Source: Bacteroidales bacterium (GTDB lineage: Bacteria; Bacteroidota; Bacteroidia; Bacteroidales; UBA4181). Taken from it: a DNA stretch of 64,000 nucleotides. The DNA is taken from assembly GCA_031275285.1 (NCBI GenBank), contig JAISOY010000001.1, positions 71,435 to 135,434 of the forward strand. The letters run 5' to 3'. A program made the position numbers and the translations under genes. Under the pieces are notes generated by a model that had not been told where the DNA came from, made no database searches, and saw only the letters and a program-made list of their open reading frames with translations. Positions 37,987 to 47,816 of this stretch are shown in pieces (positions within the stretch are counted from its first letter, which is position 1; the number at the start of each line of letters is the position of its first letter).

Positions 37987-39086
37987 GATTTCTAAGAAAA
38001 TTAAAATTAGGCATCCTGGATTGGTACATCATCAAGAAGTTCCTTGGTACTTTTTTCTTTTCGATGTTATTGATCATTGTCATTGTTATTGTCTTCGATA
38101 TCTCTGAAAAAATCGACGATTTCCTTGAAAAGAAAGTCCCGTTAAATGCCATTATTTTTGAATATTACGTCAATTTTGTCCCGTATTTTGTTACTATGTT
38201 CAGTTCCCTGTTCATTTTTATCGCGGTGATCTTCTTTACCTCGAAGTTGGCGTACAACACCGAAATTATTGCTATCCTGAGTAGTGGGATCAGCTTCCGG
38301 AGATTTCTATACCCTTATTTTATCAGTTCTTGTTTTCTGGTGATTTTTACTTTCTTCCTGAATGATGTGATCATGCCTTCGGCCAATCAGAAACGTCTGG
38401 CATTCGATGACAAATACATCAAAAAGCCGGTGATGTATTTGCAGCAAAATGTGCATAAACAGGTTGAACCCGGATTATTTGTATACCTGGAATCATTCAG
38501 TAATGCTACCGAACAGGCATACCGTTTTTCCATGGAAAGATTTGACGGGGACCGTTTGGTATCCAAACTCATATCTGACAAAGCTCTATGGGACAAGAAA
38601 AAGGAAAAATGGACCGTGGTAAAATACCATATCCGGGATATTGATTCTTTGGGTAATGAAACCATTACTTCCGGCGAAAGAATCGACACTACCATCAATC
38701 TGCATCCCAGTGAATTCAAAAGACGCGAGAATTTCACAGAACAGATGAATATGGGGGAACTAAAAGATTTCATTGATGAATTGAGAATGCAGGGAGCCGA
38801 CAACATCAACCAGTATATCATTGACCTTCAGGAACGGATTGCCAATCCTTTTTCCACGTTTATACTTACTTTAATTGGTGTCAGCTTATCGACCCGTAAA
38901 GTAAGGGGTGGAATCGGTATACATATCGCCATTGGGATCACTATTTGTTTCCTCTATATACTGTTCATGCAGTTTTCTTCGGAATTTGCCACAAAAGGGA
39001 ACCTCAGTCCCTTTATAGCTGCATGGATCCCGAACATCATTTTCGGAATAGTGGGAATCATTCTTTACCGCATGGCTCCTAAATAA
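37983..39086 (+). CDS. LptF/LptG (YjgP/YjgQ) family permease
   Basis: 367 aa. LDWYIIKKFLGTFFFSMLLII at the N-terminus, six TM segments and a periplasmic beta-jellyroll insert. There is a 4-nt overlap with tgt. Confidence 0.8.
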   Translation: MRFLRKLKLGILDWYIIKKFLGTFFFSMLLIIVIVIVFDISEKIDDFLEKKVPLNAIIFEYYVNFVPYFVTMFSSLFIFIAVIFFTSKLAYNTEIIAILSSGISFRRFLYPYFISSCFLVIFTFFLNDVIMPSANQKRLAFDDKYIKKPVMYLQQNVHKQVEPGLFVYLESFSNATEQAYRFSMERFDGDRLVSKLISDKALWDKKKEKWTVVKYHIRDIDSLGNETITSGERIDTTINLHPSEFKRRENFTEQMNMGELKDFIDELRMQGADNINQYIIDLQERIANPFSTFILTLIGVSLSTRKVRGGIGIHIAIGITICFLYILFMQFSSEFATKGNLSPFIAAWIPNIIFGIVGIILYRMAPK

Positions 39087-39127
39087 TCTGATCCATCCAT
39101 TATTTTACAGAACCGGAAAACAGGAAT

Positions 39128-40237
39128 TTATTTCAGTGGAATGACCATATTCCAGGTTCTCTTAAAATTCCATGGGCTTGATCCCTCTCCGGTTGCAGCG
39201 AATAAATAGGCAGGTTTTTCATCCTCAAACAATAAAAAAGGCCGTTCAAAATTAGCCTGTACCGTAACCGTGTGATCATCCCATAATATATGCCGGGAAT
39301 ATGCCTTGACCGGATCAGATAATTTCCAGTCGATTCCATTTTGGGAAACAGCATGTACTCCTCCTCCCTCTTCTCCGCACACATGACCGAAACGGTCTTT
39401 CATGATCAGTTCATAATGGCCGTCTGCCCACCAGACAAAAGGATCTTCAACATCATTATCCTTTTGAGCATCCGTATCAAAACGAAAAATAGGATCATCA
39501 GACAACCGGCGGTATATACCCTGGGGATGTTCGCTTTCTGCTGCACCCAATAACAAAGGTGGTCTGGAACTAAATTGTGATGATTTATAGATCAGTAAAA
39601 TTTTTCCGGTTTCAGGATTAATGACAGGAGATGGATTTGTTGTTATAGTGGCATCCCAATGCCCCGGACGAGGTTCGATCACCGGTTTATCCATACGTTT
39701 CCACGGGCCATAAAGGGATTGTGAACTTGCCACACCGATTCGTTTATTCATCCAGGCCTTTTCAAACCAATCGTCTTCCCATTTGCATCCGGGCGTAGGA
39801 ACCGGAAAATCATAAGTAGTCCCGAAATAGTACAAATAGTACTGTCCCTCAAAAAAGACAATACGGGGATTATGAGTCACCAAACCATCAAAATACCCAG
39901 CGCCACGGGCAGGTAAAGCTACATCGGAAAAGACATAAGGCCCTTCCGGGGTATCGGATATGGCGTGTACAACTTCCGAATTGGTCACCCAGGCCCCAAA
40001 TCCCAGGTTTTTAGCCCAACGATCAACAAACATGTGGTACTTTCCATCATTACCCTTCACAACAGACGATCCCCAAATCCAATAGTCATCCATGGAGAAT
40101 CCACCACCGACAGGTGCCGGCAGTAATCTGTCGATAAATGCTTCCGGTTGTCTTTCATTGCACGAAAATGGTAAAAGGGATAAAGCCAGTACACCGTAGG
40201 TTGACTGTTTCAAAAATATTCGTCGGGATAATATCAT
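39128..40237 (-). CDS. Secreted glycoside hydrolase, five-bladed beta-propeller type (GH43-like)
   Basis: 369 aa with a signal peptide. WIWGSSVVKGNDGKYHMFVDRW ... THNPRIVFFEGQYYLYYFG ... DPFVWWADGHYELIMKD is the repeated propeller-blade pattern typical of GH43/GH117-like enzymes. Confidence 0.6.
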   Translation of the reverse strand: MILSRRIFLKQSTYGVLALSLLPFSCNERQPEAFIDRLLPAPVGGGFSMDDYWIWGSSVVKGNDGKYHMFVDRWAKNLGFGAWVTNSEVVHAISDTPEGPYVFSDVALPARGAGYFDGLVTHNPRIVFFEGQYYLYYFGTTYDFPVPTPGCKWEDDWFEKAWMNKRIGVASSQSLYGPWKRMDKPVIEPRPGHWDATITTNPSPVINPETGKILLIYKSSQFSSRPPLLLGAAESEHPQGIYRRLSDDPIFRFDTDAQKDNDVEDPFVWWADGHYELIMKDRFGHVCGEEGGGVHAVSQNGIDWKLSDPVKAYSRHILWDDHTVTVQANFERPFLLFEDEKPAYLFAATGEGSSPWNFKRTWNMVIPLK

Positions 40238-40611
40238 TTTTGGTATCAGGTATAAAATTTATACAATAATATTTTATTTAATCGTAACTTCCAAAAAGCA
40301 TTATAGTTCCTGAAATTCAAATATAAATACTATTTTCAATCATAAAAATATCCAAATTTTTATTTACACCCATATTTTTTCTATTTACATTAAAAATTTC
40401 TAAAAGATAAATAATCATCATTTTTTATGCTTATGAAAATAAAACTTATTACCTGCTACTGATCATTATTTGATTGTTTTCCTGCCAGCATGTTAAATCT
40501 ATTTGGACCTGTCATCAATAAATAATATTTTGTATTCACATTTTAATAAACTTTTTGGCATTTAAATTGTTATATTACTATGTAGCAGAAAATACAAAAT
40601 AAATAATTGTC

Positions 40612-40776
40612 ATGAAAGAACTAATAACACAGTTGCAAAATGAGGTGAACCTGGATAAAAAGCAAGCCCGGACGGCTGTTGGCATTTTCAGGAATTATCT
40701 GATCAAAAAAATCGATGACACAACTCTCACAGAGGCATTAAAAGGTAGAAAAATAAATACCTCTACCCGGTTTTAA
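40612..40776 (+). CDS. Small hypothetical protein, 54 aa (below the ORF-track cutoff)
   Basis: My translation is MKELITQLQNEVNLDKKQARTAVGIFRNYLIKKIDDTTLTEALKGRKINTSTRF. It is helical-looking and followed by a strong terminator. Confidence 0.35.
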   Translation: MKELITQLQNEVNLDKKQARTAVGIFRNYLIKKIDDTTLTEALKGRKINTSTRF

Positions 40777-40837
40777 AAATTTGTTTTGCAGGACTAAATA
40801 GTCCAAACAACCGACATTCGTGATTAACGTAAAATAT

Positions 40838-40870
40838 AAAAAACTACAGGTAATTACCTGTAGTTTTTTA
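40838..40870 (+). terminator. Rho-independent terminator
   Basis: The self-complementary sequence ctacaggtaattacctgtag (40844-40863) is extended by flanking A and T runs and followed by tttttta. Confidence 0.65.
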
Positions 40871-40969
40871 TATGATCACAGGTGTATAAAATTTTCTTGA
40901 TTTCCTGATCACCATACAGAGCGATAAGAATCATATCATGTATTAACTTGTGCATGAACACAAAAAAAC

Positions 40970-40977
40970 TATCTTTG
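40970..40977 (+). promoter_or_regulatory. Candidate -7 box TATCTTTG upstream of ftsY
   Basis: Matches TAnnTTTG and lies 38 nt upstream of ATG 41015. Confidence 0.4.
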
Positions 40978-41014
40978 CATTTGTTTTCACTCAAGTGCTT
41001 AAATTATTATCCAT

Positions 41015-41965
41015 ATGGCATTTTTCGGATTATTCTCAAAAGAAAAAAAAGAAAGCCTCGACAAGGGAGTTGAAAAAACCAAAGAGAGTCTTTTTCAGAA
41101 ATTAACACGTGCTGTTGCAGGAAAATCTAAGGTAGATGACGAAGTCCTTGACAATCTTGAGGAAGTACTGATCACTTCCGATGTAGGTGTAGAAACTACA
41201 TTAAAGATCATCAAACGAATTGAGGATAGGGTTGCACGCGATAAAGTAATGAATACGAATGAACTGAATACTATTTTAAAGGAAGAAATCGCAGCTCTAT
41301 TGGAGGAAAACAATACCGGAAATATCGATGATTTTGCATCTGTGATCACAAACAAACCCTACGTAATTATGGTGGTAGGTGTTAATGGGGTAGGTAAAAC
41401 CACCACTATCGGAAAACTGGCATACCAGTTCAAAAAAGCAGGTAAAAAAGTCTGCCTGGGGGCTGCTGATACGTTCAGGGCTGCTGCAGTAGATCAACTT
41501 ACCATCTGGTCGGAACGTGTCGGGGTAGATATTGTCAAACAACAAATGGGATCCGATCCTGCATCGGTAGCGTATGATACGGTAAGTTCGGCAAAAGCGA
41601 ATAATGCTGATGTAGTGATCATTGATACGGCCGGGCGCCTGCACAATAAGGTGAACCTGATGAATGAGCTTTCAAAAATCAAGAAAGTAATACAAAAAGT
41701 CATCCCGGATGCCCCTCATGAAGTATTGCTGGTATTGGACGGATCCACAGGACAGAATGCTTTCGAACAAGCCAAACAGTTTACCCTGGCAACAGAAGTC
41801 TCTGCGTTGGCATTAACAAAATTAGACGGTACTGCAAAAGGGGGAGTAATACTTGGCATATCCGATCAATTTAAAATTCCGGTAAGATATATCGGAGTAG
41901 GTGAAAAAATGGATGATCTGCTGGTATTCAATAAATATGAATTTGTCGATTCCCTGTTTAAATAA
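41015..41965 (+). CDS. ftsY: Signal recognition particle receptor
   Basis: 316 aa. GVNGVGKTTTIGKLA (G1), DTAGR and TKLDGTAKGG. Confidence 0.95.
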   Translation: MAFFGLFSKEKKESLDKGVEKTKESLFQKLTRAVAGKSKVDDEVLDNLEEVLITSDVGVETTLKIIKRIEDRVARDKVMNTNELNTILKEEIAALLEENNTGNIDDFASVITNKPYVIMVVGVNGVGKTTTIGKLAYQFKKAGKKVCLGAADTFRAAAVDQLTIWSERVGVDIVKQQMGSDPASVAYDTVSSAKANNADVVIIDTAGRLHNKVNLMNELSKIKKVIQKVIPDAPHEVLLVLDGSTGQNAFEQAKQFTLATEVSALALTKLDGTAKGGVILGISDQFKIPVRYIGVGEKMDDLLVFNKYEFVDSLFK

Positions 41966-42052
41966 CTGTTTCTTCCCTTTATGATAAATCTCATATTATG
42001 ATTTACCGATAAATGCTACATTAGCATTTTATTATTCAAAAACGGTAAAGCT

Positions 42053-43240
42053 ATGTACGGAAAACTGCAACAATATTTAACCAAAGAGCTGGAAAATATT
42101 CAACAAGCCGGCTTATACAAAAACGAACGGATCATTGTTACTCCCCAGGGAGTTGAGATCAAGTTGGATAATGGTCAGGAAGTCTTGAATTTCTGCGCCA
42201 ATAATTACCTGGGACTCTCATCCCACCCGGCCATCATAAAAGCCGCCCATGAGTCTCTTGATAGTCATGGATTTGGTATGTCTTCGGTTCGTTTTATTTG
42301 CGGCACACAAGACATCCATAAGGAGCTGGAGCAGCGGATTGCCCAATATTTCGGAACGGAGGATACCATCTTGTATGCTGCGTGCTTTGATGCCAACGGA
42401 GGTGTTTTCGAACCGTTATTGTCCGAAGAAGATGCCATTATTTCCGACTCCCTGAATCATGCGTCTATCATAGATGGAGTACGTTTATGCAAGGCTGCCC
42501 GGTACCGTTATGCCAATGCAGATATGGCTGATCTGGAAGCACAGCTCAAAGAAGCCCAAAAACACCGTTTCCGGATTATTGTCACTGACGCAGTATTTTC
42601 TATGGACGGTAATGTCGCCCCAATGGACAAAATCTGTGCACTGGCAGAAAAATATGATGCGCTGGTCATGATCGATGAATGTCATTCGGCAGGAGTGGTA
42701 GGTTCAACCGGACGTGGTGTCACTGAATTGTTCAATGTTCGCGGAAAAGTAGATATCATCACCGGTACCCTGGGAAAAGCTTTAGGGGGTGGAATCGGAG
42801 GATTTACTACCGGACGGAAAGAAATTATCCAGATGTTACGACAACGTTCACGTCCATACCTGTTCTCCAACTCCATTCCACCTTCGGTTGCCGGGGCGGG
42901 TATTGCTGCTTTTGATCTTTTGGAAGGTTCCACCGAATTACATGATCATCTGGTCGAAAATACACGGTATTTCATGTCTGCCATGCAAAAATTGGGGTTT
43001 GATATCAAACCAAGCCAATCGGCTATTGTTGCTGTCATGCTTTATGATGCGCCTCTTTCACAAAAATTTGCGGAACGATTATTGCAAGAAGGCATATATG
43101 TGGTAGGGTTCTATTATCCTGTTGTTCCAAAAGAACAAGCCCGTATCAGGGTACAATTATCTGCCGCTCATACCCGGGCTCATCTGGACAAAGCACTGGC
43201 TGCATTTGCCAAAATAGGGAAAGAGTTGGGTGTAATTTGA
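42053..43240 (+). CDS. kbl: Glycine C-acetyltransferase (2-amino-3-ketobutyrate CoA ligase)
   Basis: 395 aa. NNYLGLS, DSLNHASIIDG, DECHS and GTLGKALGG match the alpha-oxoamine synthase pattern, and the N-terminus is typical of Kbl. Confidence 0.85.
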   Translation: MYGKLQQYLTKELENIQQAGLYKNERIIVTPQGVEIKLDNGQEVLNFCANNYLGLSSHPAIIKAAHESLDSHGFGMSSVRFICGTQDIHKELEQRIAQYFGTEDTILYAACFDANGGVFEPLLSEEDAIISDSLNHASIIDGVRLCKAARYRYANADMADLEAQLKEAQKHRFRIIVTDAVFSMDGNVAPMDKICALAEKYDALVMIDECHSAGVVGSTGRGVTELFNVRGKVDIITGTLGKALGGGIGGFTTGRKEIIQMLRQRSRPYLFSNSIPPSVAGAGIAAFDLLEGSTELHDHLVENTRYFMSAMQKLGFDIKPSQSAIVAVMLYDAPLSQKFAERLLQEGIYVVGFYYPVVPKEQARIRVQLSAAHTRAHLDKALAAFAKIGKELGVI

Positions 43241-43291
43241 TAAAGTTTTTAACCAACGGATGATACAATATCATCCTGAAAATATATAAAT

Positions 43292-43471
43292 TTGGTAAAA
43301 TTAGGTAAGACAATATCTGTATTGTTGCTTCTCAGTTTCTTGTTAGGGGCTTGCAGTAGATCACACAGCCCCTATAAAAAGCGGCGTAAGGCAGCCCCTT
43401 GTAACTGTCCTTCGTTCTATCAGAATAGTATGCCTGAGGACAACCATGCTTTTTTTGTTCAAAATGCCTGA
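43292..43471 (+). CDS. Possible small lipoprotein, 59 aa, TTG start (speculative)
   Basis: My translation is (M/L)VKLGKTISVLLLLSFLLGACSRSHSPYKKRRKAAPCNCPSF..., with the lipobox LLGAC. There is no ATG start. An in-frame TGA lies 15 nt upstream of the TTG. Confidence 0.25.
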   Translation: MVKLGKTISVLLLLSFLLGACSRSHSPYKKRRKAAPCNCPSFYQNSMPEDNHAFFVQNA

Positions 43472-43490
43472 TTGATTTCTGAATTAAGTC

Positions 43491-44270
43491 GTGTCTACTT
43501 TTTTATTCGACCAACTTGTTTTTGGTCCGGTACATAGCCGAAGATTAGGAATATCATTGGGGATCAATTTACTACCCATTGAAAGCAAATACTGTAATTT
43601 CAACTGTATTTACTGCGAATGTGGATGGAATGCAGATAAACGACCAGCAGGGATACATCTTCCCAAAAGGCAGGATGTTTATTCTGCCCTGGAAAAAAAA
43701 CTGACGGAAATGCAATCATCCGGAGAATTACCGGATGCCATTACCTTTGCCGGAAATGGAGAACCGACCATTCATCCGGATTTTCCTGAAATTATTGATG
43801 ATACCATTTCGTTACGCAACCGTTATGCTCCAGAATCAAAAATATCGGTATTGACTAATGCCACAATGTTGCACCGGAACAGGATCGTTGAAGCATTAAA
43901 AAAAACAGATATGCCGATATTGAAACTGGATTCGGCTATTGAATCAACGATACAATTGCTGAATCAACCTGCCGGAAAGATATCCATAAAAAAACTGATC
44001 GATCAGTTAAAGTCATTTGAGGGAGCATGCGTTATCCAGACCATGTTTGTCCATGGCATGTATGAAGGAAAAAAAGTTGACAATACGACACAGGAAGAAT
44101 TGGATGCCTGGGAAAAAACCATCCTTGAGATCAAGCCCCGACAGTTGATGATCTATACCATTGCCCGGGACACTCCGGCCCAAAGCCTGCAAAAAGTATC
44201 CGAACAAACATTGAAAGACATTGCATTACGTATGGAAAAACAAGGAATACCGGTACATGTGTCTACCTGA
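43491..44270 (+). CDS. Radical SAM protein
   Basis: 259 aa. GPVHSRRLGISLGINLLP..KYCNFNCIYCECGW contains the CxxxCxxC cluster motif. GTG start. Confidence 0.75.
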   Translation: MSTFLFDQLVFGPVHSRRLGISLGINLLPIESKYCNFNCIYCECGWNADKRPAGIHLPKRQDVYSALEKKLTEMQSSGELPDAITFAGNGEPTIHPDFPEIIDDTISLRNRYAPESKISVLTNATMLHRNRIVEALKKTDMPILKLDSAIESTIQLLNQPAGKISIKKLIDQLKSFEGACVIQTMFVHGMYEGKKVDNTTQEELDAWEKTILEIKPRQLMIYTIARDTPAQSLQKVSEQTLKDIALRMEKQGIPVHVST

Positions 44271-44394
44271 TTCTTTTTGCTGCAATTCTTTTTATGATAT
44301 TAGTGTTTATATAGATTAGTTGTATTAAGAGAAATCTATAAATAGATGTTAATTATGGTGCGGACGAAGTCCGTTTAACAGGTGAAGCCTACCA

Positions 44395-44560
44395 TATTCG
44401 ACAATTTTACTTACTTCGTTGCGTGAGAACGCTAACGCTAAGTTCTGTCTGAACAAACGGCGAAGCCCTCGTGAACAAAGTGAATAACCCGATAGGCGGA
44501 GTGAGTTAAAACTTAGCATAGCGTTCTCACGACTGAAGGGAGTAATTGTCAAGCCGTTTT
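44395..44560. repeat. Long imperfect palindrome / structured element of unknown nature
   Basis: The arm gacaattttacttacttcgttgcgtgagaacgctaacgctaagtt (about 44399-44444) pairs with aacttagcatagcgttctcacgactgaagggagtaattgtc (about 44509-44550). They are separated by a ~65-nt core that contains one GGCGAAGCC mini-hairpin. A second GGCGAAGCC copy (and a GTGAAGCC variant) flank the arms. Confidence 0.5.
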
Positions 44561-44684
44561 TGGTTACTTTTTGCGGCGTCAACGGCGAAGCCTTCACGTA
44601 ATACCATTGAAAATAATTTATGCATGAGTAAAAAGTAATAAAGAAAAGTAAGGAAATATTCTTCATACCTAATTATAAGGTATA

Positions 44685-45710
44685 TTATATCATAGACGAC
44701 ATTTTGTGATTGCGGACTATGATCCATATAATAATAGGAATACCGATAAATGCCGTAACGGAATTGATCGGTAATACGACGCCTTTGCCTGGGAATGATG
44801 CAATCAGGTCACACATCATCATCACGATGGAACCAACAAGTATACAGGCTAAAAGTAGTGTCCGCTGGTCTGCCGTCCGGAAAAGCATCCTGCAAATATG
44901 GGGAACGGCAATACCGACAAAACCTATGGGGCCACAAAAAGCGGTTACACTTCCAGCCAGTATACCTGTACTGAAAAATATCAATAACCGGGATGAGATG
45001 ATATTTACCCCTAACGAACGGGCATAATTTTCTCCCAGCAACATTGCATTAAGACTTTTCACAGATAACAGAGCCACCAATACTCCAATAAATACACATG
45101 GAACCAGTACTTTCAACTGGGAGACAGTTACTCCATGAATACTACCCATGGTCCATGTGGTAAATGATTTCAGCAAAGATTCATTGGTAAAATATTGTAA
45201 CACATTGATCAATGAAGAGGTAATACTTCCAAACATGATACCAAGGATCAATATTGTCATGACATCCTTAATACGAAGTGATACGGAAAAAATGAGGAAT
45301 AAAACAGCCGATGCTCCTAAAAAAGCAGCAATAACGATCATCCAGTTCCCCACGACACCAGTATTACTGAAAATCGCCATCCCTGAAACTCCCATCACCA
45401 GTATGGCAACCCCAAGGCTTGCTCCGGCACTGATCCCCAACACATAAGGTCCTGCCAAAGGATTACGGAATACCGTCTGCATCTGCAGACCGCTAACACT
45501 CAATGATATTCCGGCCAATACGGACGTGATGGCTTTGGGTAGGCGAAATTCCCGGATAATGGTTCCCCATTCCTCCACAGCACTTTCACCCGTAAATAAG
45601 ATCTGAAAAATATTCTTTATAGGGATATGGATGTTACCCACCAGCAATACCAGAACAAAACATACAACAAACAACAAAACCAGTACGATATATATAACGG
45701 TATGCCTCAC
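44685..45710 (-). CDS. FecCD-family ABC transporter permease (iron-siderophore / B12 type)
   Basis: 341 aa with ~9-10 TM segments. FRNPLAGPYVLGISAGASLG and GPIGFVGIAVPHICR are FecCD/BtuC signatures. Confidence 0.85.
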   Translation of the reverse strand: MRHTVIYIVLVLLFVVCFVLVLLVGNIHIPIKNIFQILFTGESAVEEWGTIIREFRLPKAITSVLAGISLSVSGLQMQTVFRNPLAGPYVLGISAGASLGVAILVMGVSGMAIFSNTGVVGNWMIVIAAFLGASAVLFLIFSVSLRIKDVMTILILGIMFGSITSSLINVLQYFTNESLLKSFTTWTMGSIHGVTVSQLKVLVPCVFIGVLVALLSVKSLNAMLLGENYARSLGVNIISSRLLIFFSTGILAGSVTAFCGPIGFVGIAVPHICRMLFRTADQRTLLLACILVGSIVMMMCDLIASFPGKGVVLPINSVTAFIGIPIIIWIIVRNHKMSSMI

Positions 45711-45762
45711 GAAGATCGGTTTATGCGTTAAAACAATTCATCTGGTTGCAAAGATATCATTT

Positions 45763-46656
45763 TTATGAGGATTCTCCCTGATCCGACATATCACGAACCT
45801 GCAAAAGAAATTTCAGGTTTCCTGCATTATATATCTTTGTATATCCCTTTCTGGTTAAAAAGTCATCGATAGTTATTGATTGGTCTTGTTCCTTAAATTC
45901 ATTTATAAGACTTTCAGGAAGTCGATGCGGATACCAACGAACCTGTTCCTGAGGATCAACCCAAAAGATTTGAGGAGGAGTAATGTCGGTTTGTTTAAAA
46001 TTAAGCTTTTTATATCCCATACCCGAACCCCAATCCAGATCTGCATAAGTCATGATATCTTCAGGAGAATGTTTTCTGATAAAACAGGTTATTAATTTCC
46101 CAAGTCCACCTACCACCGTATGATTGAGCATATTTGCATAACGTAATAGTTCAAAAGACCGGTAAATAACTCCTCCCCTATCCATAAGCCTGCCGGCACT
46201 GAATGATGCCACAGCTGACAATTGGTCCTGATAAAAAAGCCCATAAGCATACCGGGCTGTAACCGCACCCTGCAAGTGGTTAAGGGATAAAAAGCCACTC
46301 ATCTGTTCCTTATCAATACGTAAAACATTCGTCCGACGAGCCGGAATACAGGTACTGAATCCTAAAAGAGCCGAGATCCTTGAACGTACAATATCTTCAC
46401 TCCTGATCCATTGGTCGTGCCACAAGTGTATAACCTGAATCCCAAATAACAGGAACTCAAGGGATTTTTTCTGAAAAAAATCCACACTTACCTGTGTGCT
46501 ATCAAACGGGAAGGGAATAAGATGAAATAACATTTTCCGGTCCGGAAGGTATAAAACTTTACCTAATAAGCCGGGGAAATGAGACGGAAGGTCAATGATA
46601 TGTAAATTATATTGCCGAATGCAATGATATACCTGATTTACAAAATCATCTCTCAA
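45763..46656 (-). CDS. Hypothetical protein, 297 aa (possible GNAT-fold / Mom-like C-terminal half; low certainty)
   Basis: The block FLSLNHLQG..ARYAYGLFYQDQLSAVASFSAGR...FELLRYA....VVGGLGKLI...YADLDWGSGMGYKKLNF resembles an acyltransferase-like family. This is from memory only. Confidence 0.35.
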   Translation of the reverse strand: MRDDFVNQVYHCIRQYNLHIIDLPSHFPGLLGKVLYLPDRKMLFHLIPFPFDSTQVSVDFFQKKSLEFLLFGIQVIHLWHDQWIRSEDIVRSRISALLGFSTCIPARRTNVLRIDKEQMSGFLSLNHLQGAVTARYAYGLFYQDQLSAVASFSAGRLMDRGGVIYRSFELLRYANMLNHTVVGGLGKLITCFIRKHSPEDIMTYADLDWGSGMGYKKLNFKQTDITPPQIFWVDPQEQVRWYPHRLPESLINEFKEQDQSITIDDFLTRKGYTKIYNAGNLKFLLQVRDMSDQGESS

Positions 46657-46668
46657 AACAGAATGAAA

Positions 46669-47598
46669 TCAATAAGTATTTATTGTCTGTACCTGCCTGA
46701 TACGTTCAACAATAACATCGGCTGCCGCAAAACACTGTAGTTGTTGTTCTATTTGAGACAACATATCAGGATCATCAAGAATAGCCTTTTCAAAGTTGAC
46801 AAAATCCTGTTTATAAACCATCTTCGAATTGTAGTTTTCAATCTCTATCTGGTCAACTACATCGTATGCACAATATTGTTTTTCAATTACGGGCTTAAAA
46901 ATGTCAGCCTGAACGATCACATCCGGAAAATTAAACATAAAGTCTATTTTGGGATCGCCATCCAGGATTGTATGCATCATTATATTGATATAGCTGCCAT
47001 TATCACACTCCAGACGGCAATTGAGCAAATCCGGATTTCTTTCCGATACAGACCATGTTTTCACATCAATCTTCGCAATGTTGGCATTCATGATTCCCAA
47101 AATAAAATCAAGATCATAAGCCAGCTCGGATTTTATCTGTGTACACAACTCACTTTTGTTCCTCTTCATATGGTGTTTGACTTCAACAACACGTGGAATC
47201 CCCAACTCGGAAACATGGTTATATACAGGGCAATAACGATGTCTCGTAGCTAATTGCAATATGACTCCGGATTCGTTGGCCAGTTTAACCAGGTATTGTA
47301 TTTCATCTAAGGAAAGATTTTGCGGATGAGTAATGTACACATGCTTCATTTCTTTCAATGCTCTTTCTGCAATGAACATTATTTCAGGAACATCATCCGT
47401 AATGTCAATAGCATCCGTATATTTAAAAAGTGCATCTAAAGAAGAATAAGATACCAAACGGTTTTGCCTGGCAAAGACCATTGATTCCCTGTTCTCCAAC
47501 GCATAGCATCCTACAATTTCGTAACTGTTATTGGTCATTAAAACAGCGGTGTGCAAATGAGCTAATACATCCGTCCCAACAATTCCTATCCGAATCAT
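46669..47598 (-). CDS. Gfo/Idh/MocA-like oxidoreductase family protein (degenerate dinucleotide loop)
   Basis: 309 aa. MIRIGIVGTDVLA..H, then the EIVGCYA...AIDITDD...A..ALKEMKHVYITHP layout of the family. Confidence 0.5.
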   Translation of the reverse strand: MIRIGIVGTDVLAHLHTAVLMTNNSYEIVGCYALENRESMVFARQNRLVSYSSLDALFKYTDAIDITDDVPEIMFIAERALKEMKHVYITHPQNLSLDEIQYLVKLANESGVILQLATRHRYCPVYNHVSELGIPRVVEVKHHMKRNKSELCTQIKSELAYDLDFILGIMNANIAKIDVKTWSVSERNPDLLNCRLECDNGSYINIMMHTILDGDPKIDFMFNFPDVIVQADIFKPVIEKQYCAYDVVDQIEIENYNSKMVYKQDFVNFEKAILDDPDMLSQIEQQLQCFAAADVIVERIRQVQTINTY

Positions 47599-47785
47599 AA
47601 AATCATTATATTAATGATACAAATATAGATTTTGAATTCAGATGTTCTTCATTTTTGATGAACATTTTATCAACTAAATAATGTTAATAAGATCGTATTA
47701 CCGGGTAATGCTCATTCATAAGCGCTTCTGAATATTTCCATATAAGCACCCTTCAATTAAATTTCAGAGGGGAACGACTTTTGAT

Positions 47786-47793
47786 TATTTTTG
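47786..47793 (+). promoter_or_regulatory. Candidate -7 box TATTTTTG upstream of polA
   Basis: Matches TAnnTTTG and lies 24 nt upstream of ATG 47817 (MADKKLFLLDAYALIYRSYYA). Confidence 0.4.
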
Positions 47794-47816
47794 TATCCTA
47801 TCAAAAATACCCTATT

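Noticed and set aside
44330-44684. Cobalamin riboswitch next to the BtuC/FecCD-like permease
   Set aside because: The region lies downstream of the permease gene, not upstream. I could not find the B12-box or other conserved riboswitch cores.
44349-44727. 105-aa and 66-aa minus-strand ORFs
   Set aside because: They run straight through the long palindrome, and their translation looks random. The region is better explained as a structured DNA or RNA element.
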